A stretch of DNA of 64,000 bases from Guillardia theta CCMP2712. Lineage: Eukaryota; Protista; Cryptophyta. The stretch is taken from assembly GCF_000315625.1 (NCBI RefSeq), contig NW_005434651.1, positions 178,058 through 242,057 on the forward strand, given 5' to 3'. The notes beneath the pieces are model-generated. The model saw only the letters and a list, made by a program, of their open reading frames with translations, was not told where the DNA came from and did no database searches. The position numbers and the translations under genes are program-made. Within the stretch, counting starts at the first letter, position 1. Every line of letters starts with the position of its first letter. Shown here in pieces: positions 36,987 to 48,874 of this stretch.

Positions 36987-37283
36987 CGAGAAGCAGTGGA
37001 GGGAGTAGAGTGGATGAGCCTCAGGGGCGAGGAGAGAGAGAGGAGTTGAAGTGACGGGAGAGCATCGCAGAGCGGGGGAGTGTAGAGAAGGGGAGCGAAA
37101 GGGACGGGAGAGGAAGTGGAGGGGAGGAGGAAAAGAGAGGAAGGATCAGGTTGGACAGATGTTTGGAGCAGAGCGGCGGGGAAACAAAGGTATGGATTCA
37201 GCTTTACTTCATTCATTTCTGTCAAAGTTAATCGTTTACAAGTTTGCAATCATATACATGAGCTCCTCCTCCCCGTTCCTCTC

Positions 37284-40200
37284 CTACCACATCTTGAGCT
37301 GCTTCGACGCCCTTCCGTACCCCTCCTGCTCTCCTCCCTCCTGCACCTCAAGGGTTCTCTTCGCAGGGGACAACACTGAGTCTCCTCCCTTCTCCACCAG
37401 AGCCTGCCAAGCATGTCAACACCCGCCTCCTCCCTCAGCTGCTCCTCCGACCTGTCGAGAGTTGGAACAGGGGAAGACGCCTTGACGCGAAGAGAGGAGC
37501 GAACCAAGAGAGCTGCACAATTCTCAGAGAGGAGGAAGAGAAGGAGAAGGTGAGAGAGCTTAGATGAAGGAGGGGAGGAGGACGAGGTGCAGGAGCAAGA
37601 GGAGCAGGTGCACGAGCAGGAGCACGAGCAGGAGCAGGAGCGGGGTAGACGGAGGCGAAAGGAGGAGGGAGGAGGGAGGGGAGCAACAACATACTTGTCC
37701 TCTCCTAGTAGGTGTTGCAGGCAGTCTAGCGAGTCTCCACTGAAGTTGCTGCCCATGATTTGACCCTGGCTGCTGCTGTTCTCCTGGATCTCGTGCTCCT
37801 GCAGGAGGTAACCTGCGGCAGGACCATCAGACACGGAGCTCGTCCCCTGCTGGGATACCTGCTGGCCATGAGCGGTTGTCGATGATGACGTGGCGGAAGG
37901 ACTGGGAGTTTCCTGATGGGACGAGATCGGCGAGCTCGAGCTCCTCGTGGCAGTGCAGATCGACTTCTCTGCTCTTCTTCCCGTCCTCTGCCACGGAACT
38001 CTTGGAGCTGCTGTCGTCGCACGAGATGCTCTTGTGAGAGCTGGCCGTGGAGTTTTCCATGCTGAGGATTGACTTGACGTTCTGGAATGGAACAAAGTCG
38101 CTCGATGAGGAGGACGAGGATTCGCCATCGAGGATACAAGGTTTGTTCCTTTCCTTGTCTTCGCTCCTGTCTTCGAGCAAGGCCGGGCGTTCATTCGACA
38201 CATAGATGTGATTGAAGCAGAGCATGCCGGGATAGAGGTTGTCGATACTGGGCGGCAGTTCAGAAGCAGGAGGAGGAGGAGGAGGAAGAGGAGGAGGAGG
38301 AGGAGGAGGAGGTACCTGTAGTGTAGACGAAAGTTGGAAGGACATCCGATTAACTGGAAGACTTCCCCTGTTGCGATGTTAAGGTCCTTGGGAGTCCAAC
38401 CCTGGTGATCCGGTCGTTGGAGGCATCGGACTCGAAAGACAGGATGCGAGAAGTCCAGGCTGAGGTGCTTGCCAGCCAGATGATTCATTCTTGTGATCTC
38501 CTGCCCAACTACTTGACTCCACTTCTCGCACAGACGTTGCGCCACTCGTCCGATCGACTTGCTCGGCTTTAGTGTCAGTTCCAGCTGAGGATTCAAACCA
38601 CACCTGATGAGAGGATCAATACCTGATCAACAAGAGGAGAAGGGGAAGAGTGAGGTTGTTGAGCAGTACACGAGGAACAGCCAGAGCAGGCGGAGCAGGC
38701 AGATGAGAGGAGAAATGGCGTCTACCTTGTCATGAGAAGGGAGAGGTCGGTGTACTGAGGAATGAGCCTGAGATTGAATCTGACGGGAAGAGGAGTTCCA
38801 CAATCAACTGTCGAAGGATTTTCACGCTCGGGGGTTTTGTGACTTTGCAAGCCCGGATGCATCGATCCTGCGTGAACGAAAGGTTGGGGGATGGCGCTTG
38901 GTTGGATCGAGCCTGCGCACATGGATGAGATTTTTGTAAGCTCGTGTGCAGATGAAACACCTCCACAGGGATGAGATGAAGGTTTAGCAGCAAGCACTGA
39001 TTGTTTCACTGCAGAGTTTGCATTCACGGAGAGACTGATTTCAGAAGATCGAATACCTTGACAGACTTTGGTGTCGCATTTCTCTGATCTTTTCAAACCT
39101 GAGTTCCAACATCACAACCCGCAACATCTCAGTAGACTCGCAGCACAACTCGCACCTATCTCACAGATCGTTGGTTTCACCTCATCACGCAATGGTGCAA
39201 TCTCAGCCTTCTTGTTCGACTCATCTTTCGAAGGATGAAGAAGAATCTCAAGCGTATCAATTGGATATTTTCTGGAGTCTGGAAGGTTCTCAATAGTGAT
39301 TGCTGACTTCTTCCATAGCTCGTTAGCGAAGTCTCTCCTGACATCGTCTTCCAAATTAGTACTGATCTTGAAGAGATTAACACTGGTGTCGTCTTCATTC
39401 CCCTTCCTGACCAGCTCCCACCTGGAAGGAAAACGAGTTACAAAGAGGCGGATACCATTGCAGAACGTGTCATGTGTACCATGCCAACATCGCTTGAACC
39501 ACTGTTTTCCCCTCAGACCCCGAGAATTTATCGATCTTTGCTCCGGTGATCGATATTACCTATGAACAGCGCTGAATATAAACTAGATGAGAGAGCGATA
39601 TCTACCTGATTGATCTTCTTTACAATTCGATAATAGTAACAGCGAATCTGGAATCATAGTGATTGTAACGAAAACGACTGCACCTTATGAACCTGTTCTC
39701 TAGTTTTCCTTCCACCCATGCGATCCTTAATTTCATTGAAAGATCTCCCATATTCACGAAGCAGATCAAAGAACATGTTGTTTTCTTCCGCAGACCAGGT
39801 TCCTTGGATTCTCTTCTCTCTATCGTCATTACACAACGAATTCAACTTCTCATTGAGTGAGATCCTGCTCTCCAAGTCTGACATGGGATCGGATGGCTTC
39901 AGTCCCTGCGTCGTAACAAACCTATCCTGCATTCCTGATTTGACGATGGGCAGTGATGAATCCATGGTGTTGTTGGGTGCAATTTTCCGTAAATCTGCTT
40001 GCATTGTTTCTGAAGAAACCCTAACATTTTGCTTTTCAGGATTATTAGCACCAAGTGAAATAGGTATTGTCATTCCAGAGGATGAAGAATGGACTCGTTG
40101 GTTTGGTGGTTGGAAAGTGACTTTCTGATTGTTAATTTGTGTTGCACTGGCAATTCTCTCAGGATTGTTCGGTTTTGTGTCAGGATAAGAAGCCAATGCT

Positions 40201-40481
40201 ACTAAAGCCCCATTTGATGGCTCATTTACAACTGTTCTGCTGGCAGTCGCTGTCTCAGACTTTGATGCATTGCTGAACTCGCGTGCCTGGGTTGAATCAG
40301 CAATGAGTATGTTGAAAAAGGAGTCTTTGCTATTTTCCCCGAACAGGCTGACATTCGACAAGCTGACCTGCTCCTGAGTATTGCTGGTAAAGATATCTGC
40401 AACAGAGCACAACGAAAAGTTCGAACGACAATCTTCCGCATTCAATCTTTCACATCGTTTCGGCAAATGAGGAATTTCCAT
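37284..40481 (-). CDS. SANT/Myb protein of the cramped/CRAMP1/TSL-kinase-interacting protein 1 type
   Basis: WSAEENNMFFDLLREYGRSFNEI...KTREQV; NPQLELTLKPSKSIGRVAQRLCEKW; GWT...GEVFQLIGCPSNFRLHY; 3' end approximate. Confidence 0.82.
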
Positions 40482-40991
40482 GTTCTCAGCAAATCGTCAG
40501 AGCGTTGAAAATGAGAGAACCAGCTGACTCTCTGATGAATGCACGAGGCTAGTGGTTGTATGATTGCTTGCGCAGCCCTGCAGCAGAAGAATCAGAGTCA
40601 GAGAGGTTGGATTAATCTGTCAGGTGTCTGTTTCATTCCCTTCCTTTCGAAGCAAGTAGAAATCATATGATAGGTGTGTGAATCTGTAGAGCGATGCGAA
40701 ATTTCAAAGATAATGATATCAAATGCACTCAAAGATCAAAAATGAGATACACATATCACCAAGGAAATACAAGTGTTTAGAAGTTTCTGAGTACATTCTT
40801 GTGAATCAGGTGAAAAAGCAAAGGGATAAAGCATGCAAACAGATAACGAGATTCAAAGTAAGATTGAGGAGACAACACAGAGTTGTTAGAATGGAATGGG
40901 ACTACCATGCACCAAAAGAATGGCAACTTCCAATGCCATCGTAGCGATGGTCGAATGGAGAGAGGGGGAGGGAGGCATGAAGGGAGGGAGG

Positions 40992-41091
40992 NNNNNNNNN
41001 NNNNNNNNNNNNNNNNNNNNNNNNNNNNNNNNNNNNNNNNNNNNNNNNNNNNNNNNNNNNNNNNNNNNNNNNNNNNNNNNNNNNNNNNNNN
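40992..41091. other. Assembly gap (100 N) between GGGA-type repeats
   Basis: N run. Confidence 1.
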
Positions 41092-41149
41092 GGAGGGAGG
41101 GAGGTAAGGGAAGGGGAGGGGAGGGAAGGGAAGGGAAGGGGCGGTGCAT

Positions 41150-41585
41150 TGTGATTGGCGGGAATTCTACTGTCAACCAAACGAGGTGGGGGGTGCTGGG
41201 TGGGGGGTGCCAGAAGCTGAAGTACGGGTACCTCGAAGAAATTACCCGTGCAAATAATATAGAAGTACGGGGTAGTGATCTCAATTGTACGGGTACTGTG
41301 TTTTGTCCTAAGCCCAAGGGGTCTATACAATGGGGTGGGGGTGGTCAAACATAAAAGCTTCGTTCGTTGTCGGAGTGGCAAATGGCGGGGCGGAAGTGGG
41401 GTTGGTGGGGTCAAGTACCCTACCCCTATATCATCAACGAAATACCTTAAAACTAGGGGGTACGACCGTAACTAATGGGGGATGATATTTTTACAACAGA
41501 TCTGAATTTATCAGGGTAAAAGTTCAAATATGGGAGAAATGTTTGAAAAACTCCCTATGGAGAGTTCGGATTGGGGTGGGGTAAC
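41150..41585. other. GGGGT(A/G) motif tract, same class as 8.7 kb and 30.6 kb tracts
   Basis: Repeated GGGGTGG, CGGGTAC, GGGGTAG words. Confidence 0.5.
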
Positions 41586-41649
41586 ATTCGGAAACTGCAA
41601 ATGCAGAAAAGAGTATGCCCATGTCGCGCTCCTGCTCATTTCAACTCTA

Positions 41650-41813
41650 TCTCCCTCCTGCTCCTCTCCTCTGTTCTGCTCCAGCTCCTCTCGACTCTCT
41701 CTTCTCCTCCTCTCCTCTGTTCTGCTCCTGCTCCTCTCGTCTCTCTTCTGCCCCTGCTCCTCTCGTCTCTCTCTCTCTCTCTTCTCCTCCTCTCCTCTGT
41801 TCTGCTCCTGCTC

Positions 41814-41851
<38 letters not shown>

Positions 41852-41900
41852 TCCTCTCCTCTGTTCTGCTACTGCTCCTCTCCTCTCCCCTGCTCCAGCT
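41650..41900. repeat. CT-rich degenerate minisatellite
   Basis: ctcctctcctctgttctgctcc unit, ~4 copies, with (CT)n spacers. Confidence 0.85.
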
Positions 41901-42634
41901 CATCTCGTGTCCCTAGCTTCTCCACTCTCCTGCTCTTGCTCCCGCTCCCAACATGCTCTCTTCCCTCACCTCTGTCATCAGCCCGCCCGCTATCACCATG
42001 AGCGCTTCTTTTCTTTCATACCACCGCTCTTTGTTTCAAACCAAACACCCTCCTTATTTCTTTCTCTTGCTGTATCCTTCATCATCAGTCTCCGTCTGGA
42101 TGTTCATCTTCTGCCAGTTGTCTTTCACTGAAGCGCCTTTATGGCAATATCACCTTTGCCAAACGACATCTGTACATGCTTGATTACACATGATTGACGC
42201 GTTGTATCCAACACCTTGTCTCCAGTCTTTCCCTCCCCTCCTCTCCCTTCCACGTTGGCTGTCTGACACTTGTCCAATTTCTTGATACGTGTGTCCTCAA
42301 ATTTCCAAATCTACATAGTAGCAATTGACATATCTTCTTGATTTCAGTTTTTCTATCTCGTCGTCAGAGTTTTTGTATCATCAATAGAGACAATCGATCA
42401 ATCGATCATCAAAAATGAGGTATGAATTGTTGCTCGAGACCTTCTTATTCAATTCCAAATCTCCTTGTACTCTCGCTCTCCCTCAAGTATTTGTATCGCA
42501 TATATATATATGCATTTCAAGGCGTCGCCCTTTAGTGTTGAGAGCAAGCCTTCAACCCCTCAAAGTAGCACTTTTTCGAAAGGCTGACCGTCCAAATGAC
42601 GATGGCGGGCTGGACTTGAGACCATTCCCTTGCC

Positions 42635-43565
42635 TCACACTGGATGAACGAATCCGGCTTGACGGACAACGTTTGTTCGCATCTCAATGTCATCCTCGAC
42701 TGCAGGAGTGCGAAGTTGGTCGGAAGCAAGGTACCTTCAAACCCTCACAGTCAGCTCATTTGATGCAAACATGGGGAAGACAGCAGTGAGGACGGTACCA
42801 CTTCAAGACCAACCCCACAGTGAAGGAGGCGGCGACAGCGTAGCCGACGGGATTCTCTTTCCCAACCTGAAGGTTCGAAATCAACTTCAAAGAAGGCTCA
42901 ACAGGGAAATGCTCACCAAAAGAATGGTCGCGCCGATCAGGTCGATAACGAAGCATATGAAGTATACCTGCCAGGTATAAACTCCAACGCAGCAGTCCAC
43001 ACGGGCCAAGATGTTGTGGCGGTAGCTGTTGAAGTTCATGGTGTAGTCCGCACGGAACCCCATTCCATAGAACACGTCGATACAAGAAAGAGTTATGGCT
43101 AGGAGCATGATTGCTGCAAGCCCGTCTTCCCCACAGCTCCCTGGTATCAGACCGAGACAAAGGATGAATCCTGCTACTTGTATGACTATATCACACAGCT
43201 GTTGATTCATGCGATTATGTCGAATGGTACTCAAAGGCTTCAAAGTCAAGTACAAGCAATACACAAGTTCAAGAAGCCTGAAAAGTCGACTGAGCGTAAA
43301 GAAAACTGCACATACACAGATGTCCGGGTAAAAGTAGGTTGGACTTTGATAGTAGACTTGATTATATGAAGAATAGCTGCTAGGACTTGAAGAACTACCG
43401 CCAACAAAGCAAACGTTTGTTGTTCCGTCAGAGCATATGGTACGATACGAATAGAAAGTCTTGTCGTTTGGACAATACCATGTTGAGCTCGAACAGCTTG
43501 AAGCACTCCTGGAGCATGAAAATCTTGCTTCAGTTGTTTTCTGCACAATGATCCAGAACTCACAT
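42635..43565 (-). CDS. Uncharacterised ~5-TM membrane protein with N-terminal Cys-rich WYCP domain (paralogue B)
   Basis: LLELVYCLYLTLKP, QQLCDIVIQ, GMGFRADYTMNFNSYRH, DCCVGVYTWQ, NPVGYA; intron positions match paralogue A. Confidence 0.85.
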
Positions 43566-44792
43566 TGTAGCGGAGAATAAACACAATGTTGTGATCTCGC
43601 TGTTGAAAGTTGAGAAGCTGGATCGCAAGTCGATCAGAATATCGCACTCTGATAATGAGGTTCTATCTCGTCATGCCTTCTATCATCTATCTATCGGAGT
43701 CTGTCTCGTCGAGTCTTCGATCAGTTTGCATACTTCCTCTTATCGCTCCTATTGCTCATTCTCCTCAGGGCCACTCCTGTCTACACTGCTCTCAGCAGCC
43801 GCCGCTGCTGCCGAGCCATGCCTCGGACCGAAAGCTTCCCACCTGAGATCGGACGCTCTAGTACCCCACCTCCCTTCTATAGGTTTAGGATTGGGGTGGG
43901 ACCACGAGGGGTGGTCTGTCCTTCAGTGACCAATCTGGTTTGACGTTTGGCGGTTGATGTGACACCGTGTCTGCAAGCTAGTGGACAGGCTGGAAAATTC
44001 GGTGGGGTGGGGGCGCATTGCTCGGGGTAGGGGGTTAGTGATCCCGTTTTGCGACAGTCATATAGTAGGGTTATGATGGACTATGACGGGGGTAGGGAGG
44101 AAAATAGTAGGGGTGCATTTGCTCCACTAAACATCATTATCGCAGGGGGGGAAATTGGGCTTCAATGCAGGGAGACACGTGGGATTTTCGCTGAAACAAG
44201 AGGAGGAGGAGGAGGAGGAGGGGGAGGAGGGAAGCGAAGCAGCGGAGATAAAGAGATAAAGAGGAGAGGAACATCCCTGAAGGGTCCTTTCGGAAAAGTG
44301 TGGAGAAGAAGAAGATAGGATGTGGATGGAGAGGGGAAAAGTCCAGGTAGTGAATTATGTAGGAACGAGGGTAAGGAGGCAATGGGAAGAGCTTGAGATC
44401 GAAACGAATCCTGCTTTGTACAGACTTCTATGTTGCAACCAACAAGGACATAATGTGCAAAGAAGAGGATATCGAATTGTGAAGGAGGAGCTATGAGGGA
44501 ACGACGGTGAACGGAATCATGAATGGAAGCGAGAACTTGAGATGAGTAAAAGAGGCAGAGAGGCAGAAAATTAATCATAATGGAATGTGTCTGAGATCTG
44601 GTTGAAGATGCTGTGCTAATCTGCATGACATGTTTGCTGTATGTCAAACAGAGACGAGTGAGCTGTACCTTGCTAGCTTGGATTATAGTCGTATGCTGCC
44701 TCCAACGACAAGTTGAGGAAGAACAAAGCGATTGAAGATTATCTGGATGTTTGGAAACGTCACACATTGACTTTGTCCTTGTCCTTGCAGGT

Positions 44793-47700
44793 ATGACTAC
44801 AATAGAGCCGAGAAGGAAGCCAGATTCCGACCATAGGGCTTACCGCCTGATCCAGCTACCCAATGGCCTTGACTGTGTCCTGATTTCCGACCCCGAAACT
44901 CAAACTGCAGCAGCTGCCATGGCAGTTGCTGCTGGACAGCTTCAAGACCCCCCTGAAGTTCAAGGCCTGGCTCATTTCTGTGAGCACATGCTCTTCCTTG
45001 GCAACAAGAAATTCCCTGGAGAGTCCGACTTCGACAGCTTCTGTGCGCAGAGTGCTGGTTACTCAAACGCCTGGACGTCTTTGGATCGCACCGTGTATCA
45101 CTTCATGCTGGCTCATGACCGCCTGGTAAGCTTGATGTTCCATAGATCTTTCTGTTGTAATGGAGGCGCAGTACGATGCCCTCGATCGGTTTTCTGGGTT
45201 CTTCTCTGCCCCCCTCTTCCTCGAAGATCTTACTGAGCGCGAGCTGAATGCCATCGACTCGGAGAACAACAAAAATCTACAAGAAGACTCGAGGAGAGAG
45301 TTTCAGCTATGGCGATCCTCAAGCAAAGATGGCCATCCTGTCCAGCGTTTTGGAACTGGAAACTACAAGGTAGGGAATGAAGTTTCAAGTTTGTTCTTTC
45401 CCTGATCGTGCTTCATTGCAAAAATCCAGACGTTGCATGACATGCCTTTGGAAACTGGAACGAATATTCGAGAACATCTTCTTCGATTCTGGGAACAGAA
45501 CTACAGCGCTAACATCATGAAACTCAGCATCTTGGGACGCGAAAGCCTCGACACCCTGGAATCATGGAGCAGGACCCTTTTCTCGGATGTCCCCAATCAC
45601 AAGATCGAGCCGCTGAGGGTACTTTGAACCTTCAATCGAGCATCTTGATCATTTCTTTGCCTTTCCAGGGTGTCTTGAAGGAAGACGATCCTTTTACCAG
45701 CAGCTGGAAATCTCTCTACCACATCGTCCCAGTGAAGGAGAGGAGGAAGCTTGTGCTTTACTTCCCGACAGACTCCACGTATCCAAATTTCCGCCAGAAA
45801 CCGACAAGATTTCTTAGTCATTGTCTTGGGCACGAGGGTCCAGGTTAGCTCTGTTTGATCGCATCACAGCGTTCAAAACTTGACGTTGCGAGCAGGAAGT
45901 GTGCTCTCGCTTCTGAAGAAGAAAGGATGGGCAACAGACCTTGGAGCTGGGACTGCAACACAGTCGACTCACTTTGCCTTGTTCGAAGTCTCCATCAAGT
46001 TGACGGAAGAAGGGATGCCGCATTATGAAGAGGTGATCGACTTGGTGTTCCAATACATCAATTCCTGCCTACGTGCCACCAACAACGACGAGCGGCGAAG
46101 AATCAGGCATGAGTGCGAGATGTTGGAGGAACTCAACTTCCGATTCCGAAATCGAGTCAGAGAAGATCAGTTCACTGAGCAGCTTGCGTGCAACTTGACC
46201 CGCTACCCACGAGAGGAGGTCAGAGCGCGTTGGATCTGCGATGTTCCAGCAGCTCACTTGGGGCAGGTGTTGTGCGGGCCAGACCTTTTCTACGACCCGC
46301 TCGATTTTGACGCATTGGACGCATTGATCGACAGACATTTCAATGCGAAGAATCTTCGAATTGACCTGGTGGCTCCCCTTGCCGACCAGCCTCTGGATGG
46401 TAACAGTGAACCAGTTTTCCTTCCTCTGACATGCTAAGGGATGTGACCCCAGGTGAAACGGAGTGGGCAGAGGAGACATGGTTTATGATCCCTTGACTTG
46501 TTGTCAGTCATTCTTCTCATGGTCAGTGCAGGTACAAGACCAAGTACGTCAGACGTGATATCTCCCCTGCTCTCATTGCTCGTTGGTCCGATCGCTCCAT
46601 CCCGTGCCACCCTGAATTGCACCTTCCCCGCGCCAACCCCTACACACCGGAGCAGTGGGAGCTCAAGGGAGACCTTCAGTGCTCTACCGCTCCTACCAAG
46701 GTGATCGACACAGACACAGTGCAAGCATGGCATGTGCTGGACACCACCTTCGGAGTTCCCAAGGTGAGAACATGGAGGATCGTGAGCGGTCTTGACGGTC
46801 GGACAGGCTTCTGTCAGGATTCAGATCAGTTCGTTTGTCGGAGAGAAGTGTGCGAGGAAAGCAGTGTCTCTCAGGATGTTGTTGGAGTTGATCCAAGAGG
46901 TATGTGGAGCTGCTGCGCTTTCCTTGTCAAGCTCAAACTAGTTGATAGGTCACCAACGAAGAGGCATACGACGCAGAGGAGGCGGGGCTGGTGTTCGATA
47001 TATCTAACACGTCTGCCTCTTCTCCGTGCACTGGTCTCAGGCTGTCGTTCAAGGGGTAAAGTTTTCAGCTGTGATCATTTCCAGCTCACCCGCCTTGCTT
47101 CTGCAGTTATGATCACAAGATGCCGGTCCTCGTCTCCAACATGTTGTCCTGCATCGCCAACTTCAAAGTCAAGGACCATGAGAGCGTGTTCGAGCTTGTG
47201 AAGCAGAAGACGATTGTAGACTACAGGAATAGAAGGTTCCAGCAGTCGTACTTCCACTGCGTCACTGCGACCAATCAAGTCTTGGAGCATCCCTTCTGGA
47301 GCAACGAGGAAAGGCTGAGGGAGCTGGAGACTTTGACAGGGGTTGAAGTTCAAGATTTCCTCAAAGAATTCTTGGATAATCTGCTGATTGAAGCGTTCAT
47401 AGTCGGGAACTTCTCAGCGGAAGAAGCAGTGAAGATGATAACGGAGTCACTCTCCCCGCTGCAGCCCAAGGCCCTGGAGGGAGATAGCAAGCCTTGTCTC
47501 TGCATCACTCAGGTATTCTCCGTCCTCTCTCGTGCTGATAGTCACTCCTTCTGCCTACAGATCCCCGAAGGAGAGACTTGGGTGCATGAGGAGCTGGGCC
47601 CCGACCCGGATGCGGTCGACAGCGCGATCTCAGTGTACTATCAGATCGGGGAGAGGACCGTCGACATCGACGTACGTCTCGAGCTCCTCTGCCAAGTCAT

Positions 47701-48786
47701 GGACAAGGAGATGTACGCGCAGCTGAGGACGGTAGAGCAGCTGGGGTACATAGTGGCCGCGGTGGAGACCAAGAAGTGGGGAGTTTGCGGGTTGAAGTGT
47801 CTGGTGCAGTCGGTTCAGTGCCCTCAGGTGAGGTGGGTAGATCCTTGTGCTCGGGCAGTGACAGGCGAGCGCAGCATTTGGAAGTTCGCATGGAAAACTT
47901 CTTCATGTGCTTCGAGAAGAAGCTCGTGAGTGTTGCCTGGTGCTACAGACCGTCTCGACGTGACGTGTTCGCAGCAAGAGATGCCGGGCGAGGAATATGC
48001 GGACCATGTCGAGGTTTGCGCTGCTGGGGTGTTGATGGTTTGTGACCTCCTGCTCCTCCAGAGTTTGATCACCAAGAAACAAGAGAGGGACAGGAGCGTC
48101 GACAGGATGTGCGAGCGCCTGATGACGGTGACGGGTGGAGGAGGAAGCGGTCAGTTGTGCTGAGATCGCGATAGGAACTTTGCGCGCACACTTTTGTGTT
48201 CGATAGGAAGGAGAAGGAAGTAGCCGCGTTGAGGTTTGCTCACTGATAGTGAGAGTGTGAGCTGACGGAGATGAAGAGCTGTCACGAAGGAGAGTTTGAT
48301 TGAGTTCTTCCGCAAGTACTTCTCCGTTCACAGGTGAAGTCGGTAACCCTACTGCTACCCTCTCACCACATCTCCAGCTCAACAAGGAGAAGGCTCATGT
48401 GTCATGTGCTGGGGAGGTAACGCTGGACTGATGCTCTCGAGCTTGTCAAGTCACCTTGTCGTCTCGCAGAGCTGCAGTAGATGCTTGCAAGGCTGAGGGC
48501 AAGGAGGTGCACCTTTCTGCTGGTAAGAAGCCCACCATTTCCACTTCCCTTCATCCTCTTCTCTTGTGCCCTTCTACAATCACAAGTTTGCAGAGAGCAA
48601 GGGAACGATCAGACGCTATGCTCCTGGCTCCAACCCTTACCCGGCGCCAGACATGGGACAGGCGAGTCGAGGATGGGGGGTTGGTCTCACAGCAGTAACG
48701 CTCTCGAGCAGGCAGCGGAACAGTTCGTGTCCGAGGACGTCTCGGCTCTGCGGCAGTCGGCCTCACGCTTGAGGGTGCAGAAGTGA
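44793..48786 (+). CDS. Insulysin/IDE-like M16A zinc metallopeptidase
   Basis: GLAHFCEHMLFLG (HxxEH), SNAWTS, RELNAIDSEN, LGHEGPGS, YAQLRTVEQLGYIV; an upstream exon is possible. Confidence 0.95.
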
Positions 48787-48874
48787 AGGACCGACGGTGG
48801 GGCTCTGGAGATGTTTGCGGCTAACCGACGTAGAGTGTAGCTGTAGAACCTTTACAAAAAAGAAGCAATTTCAC

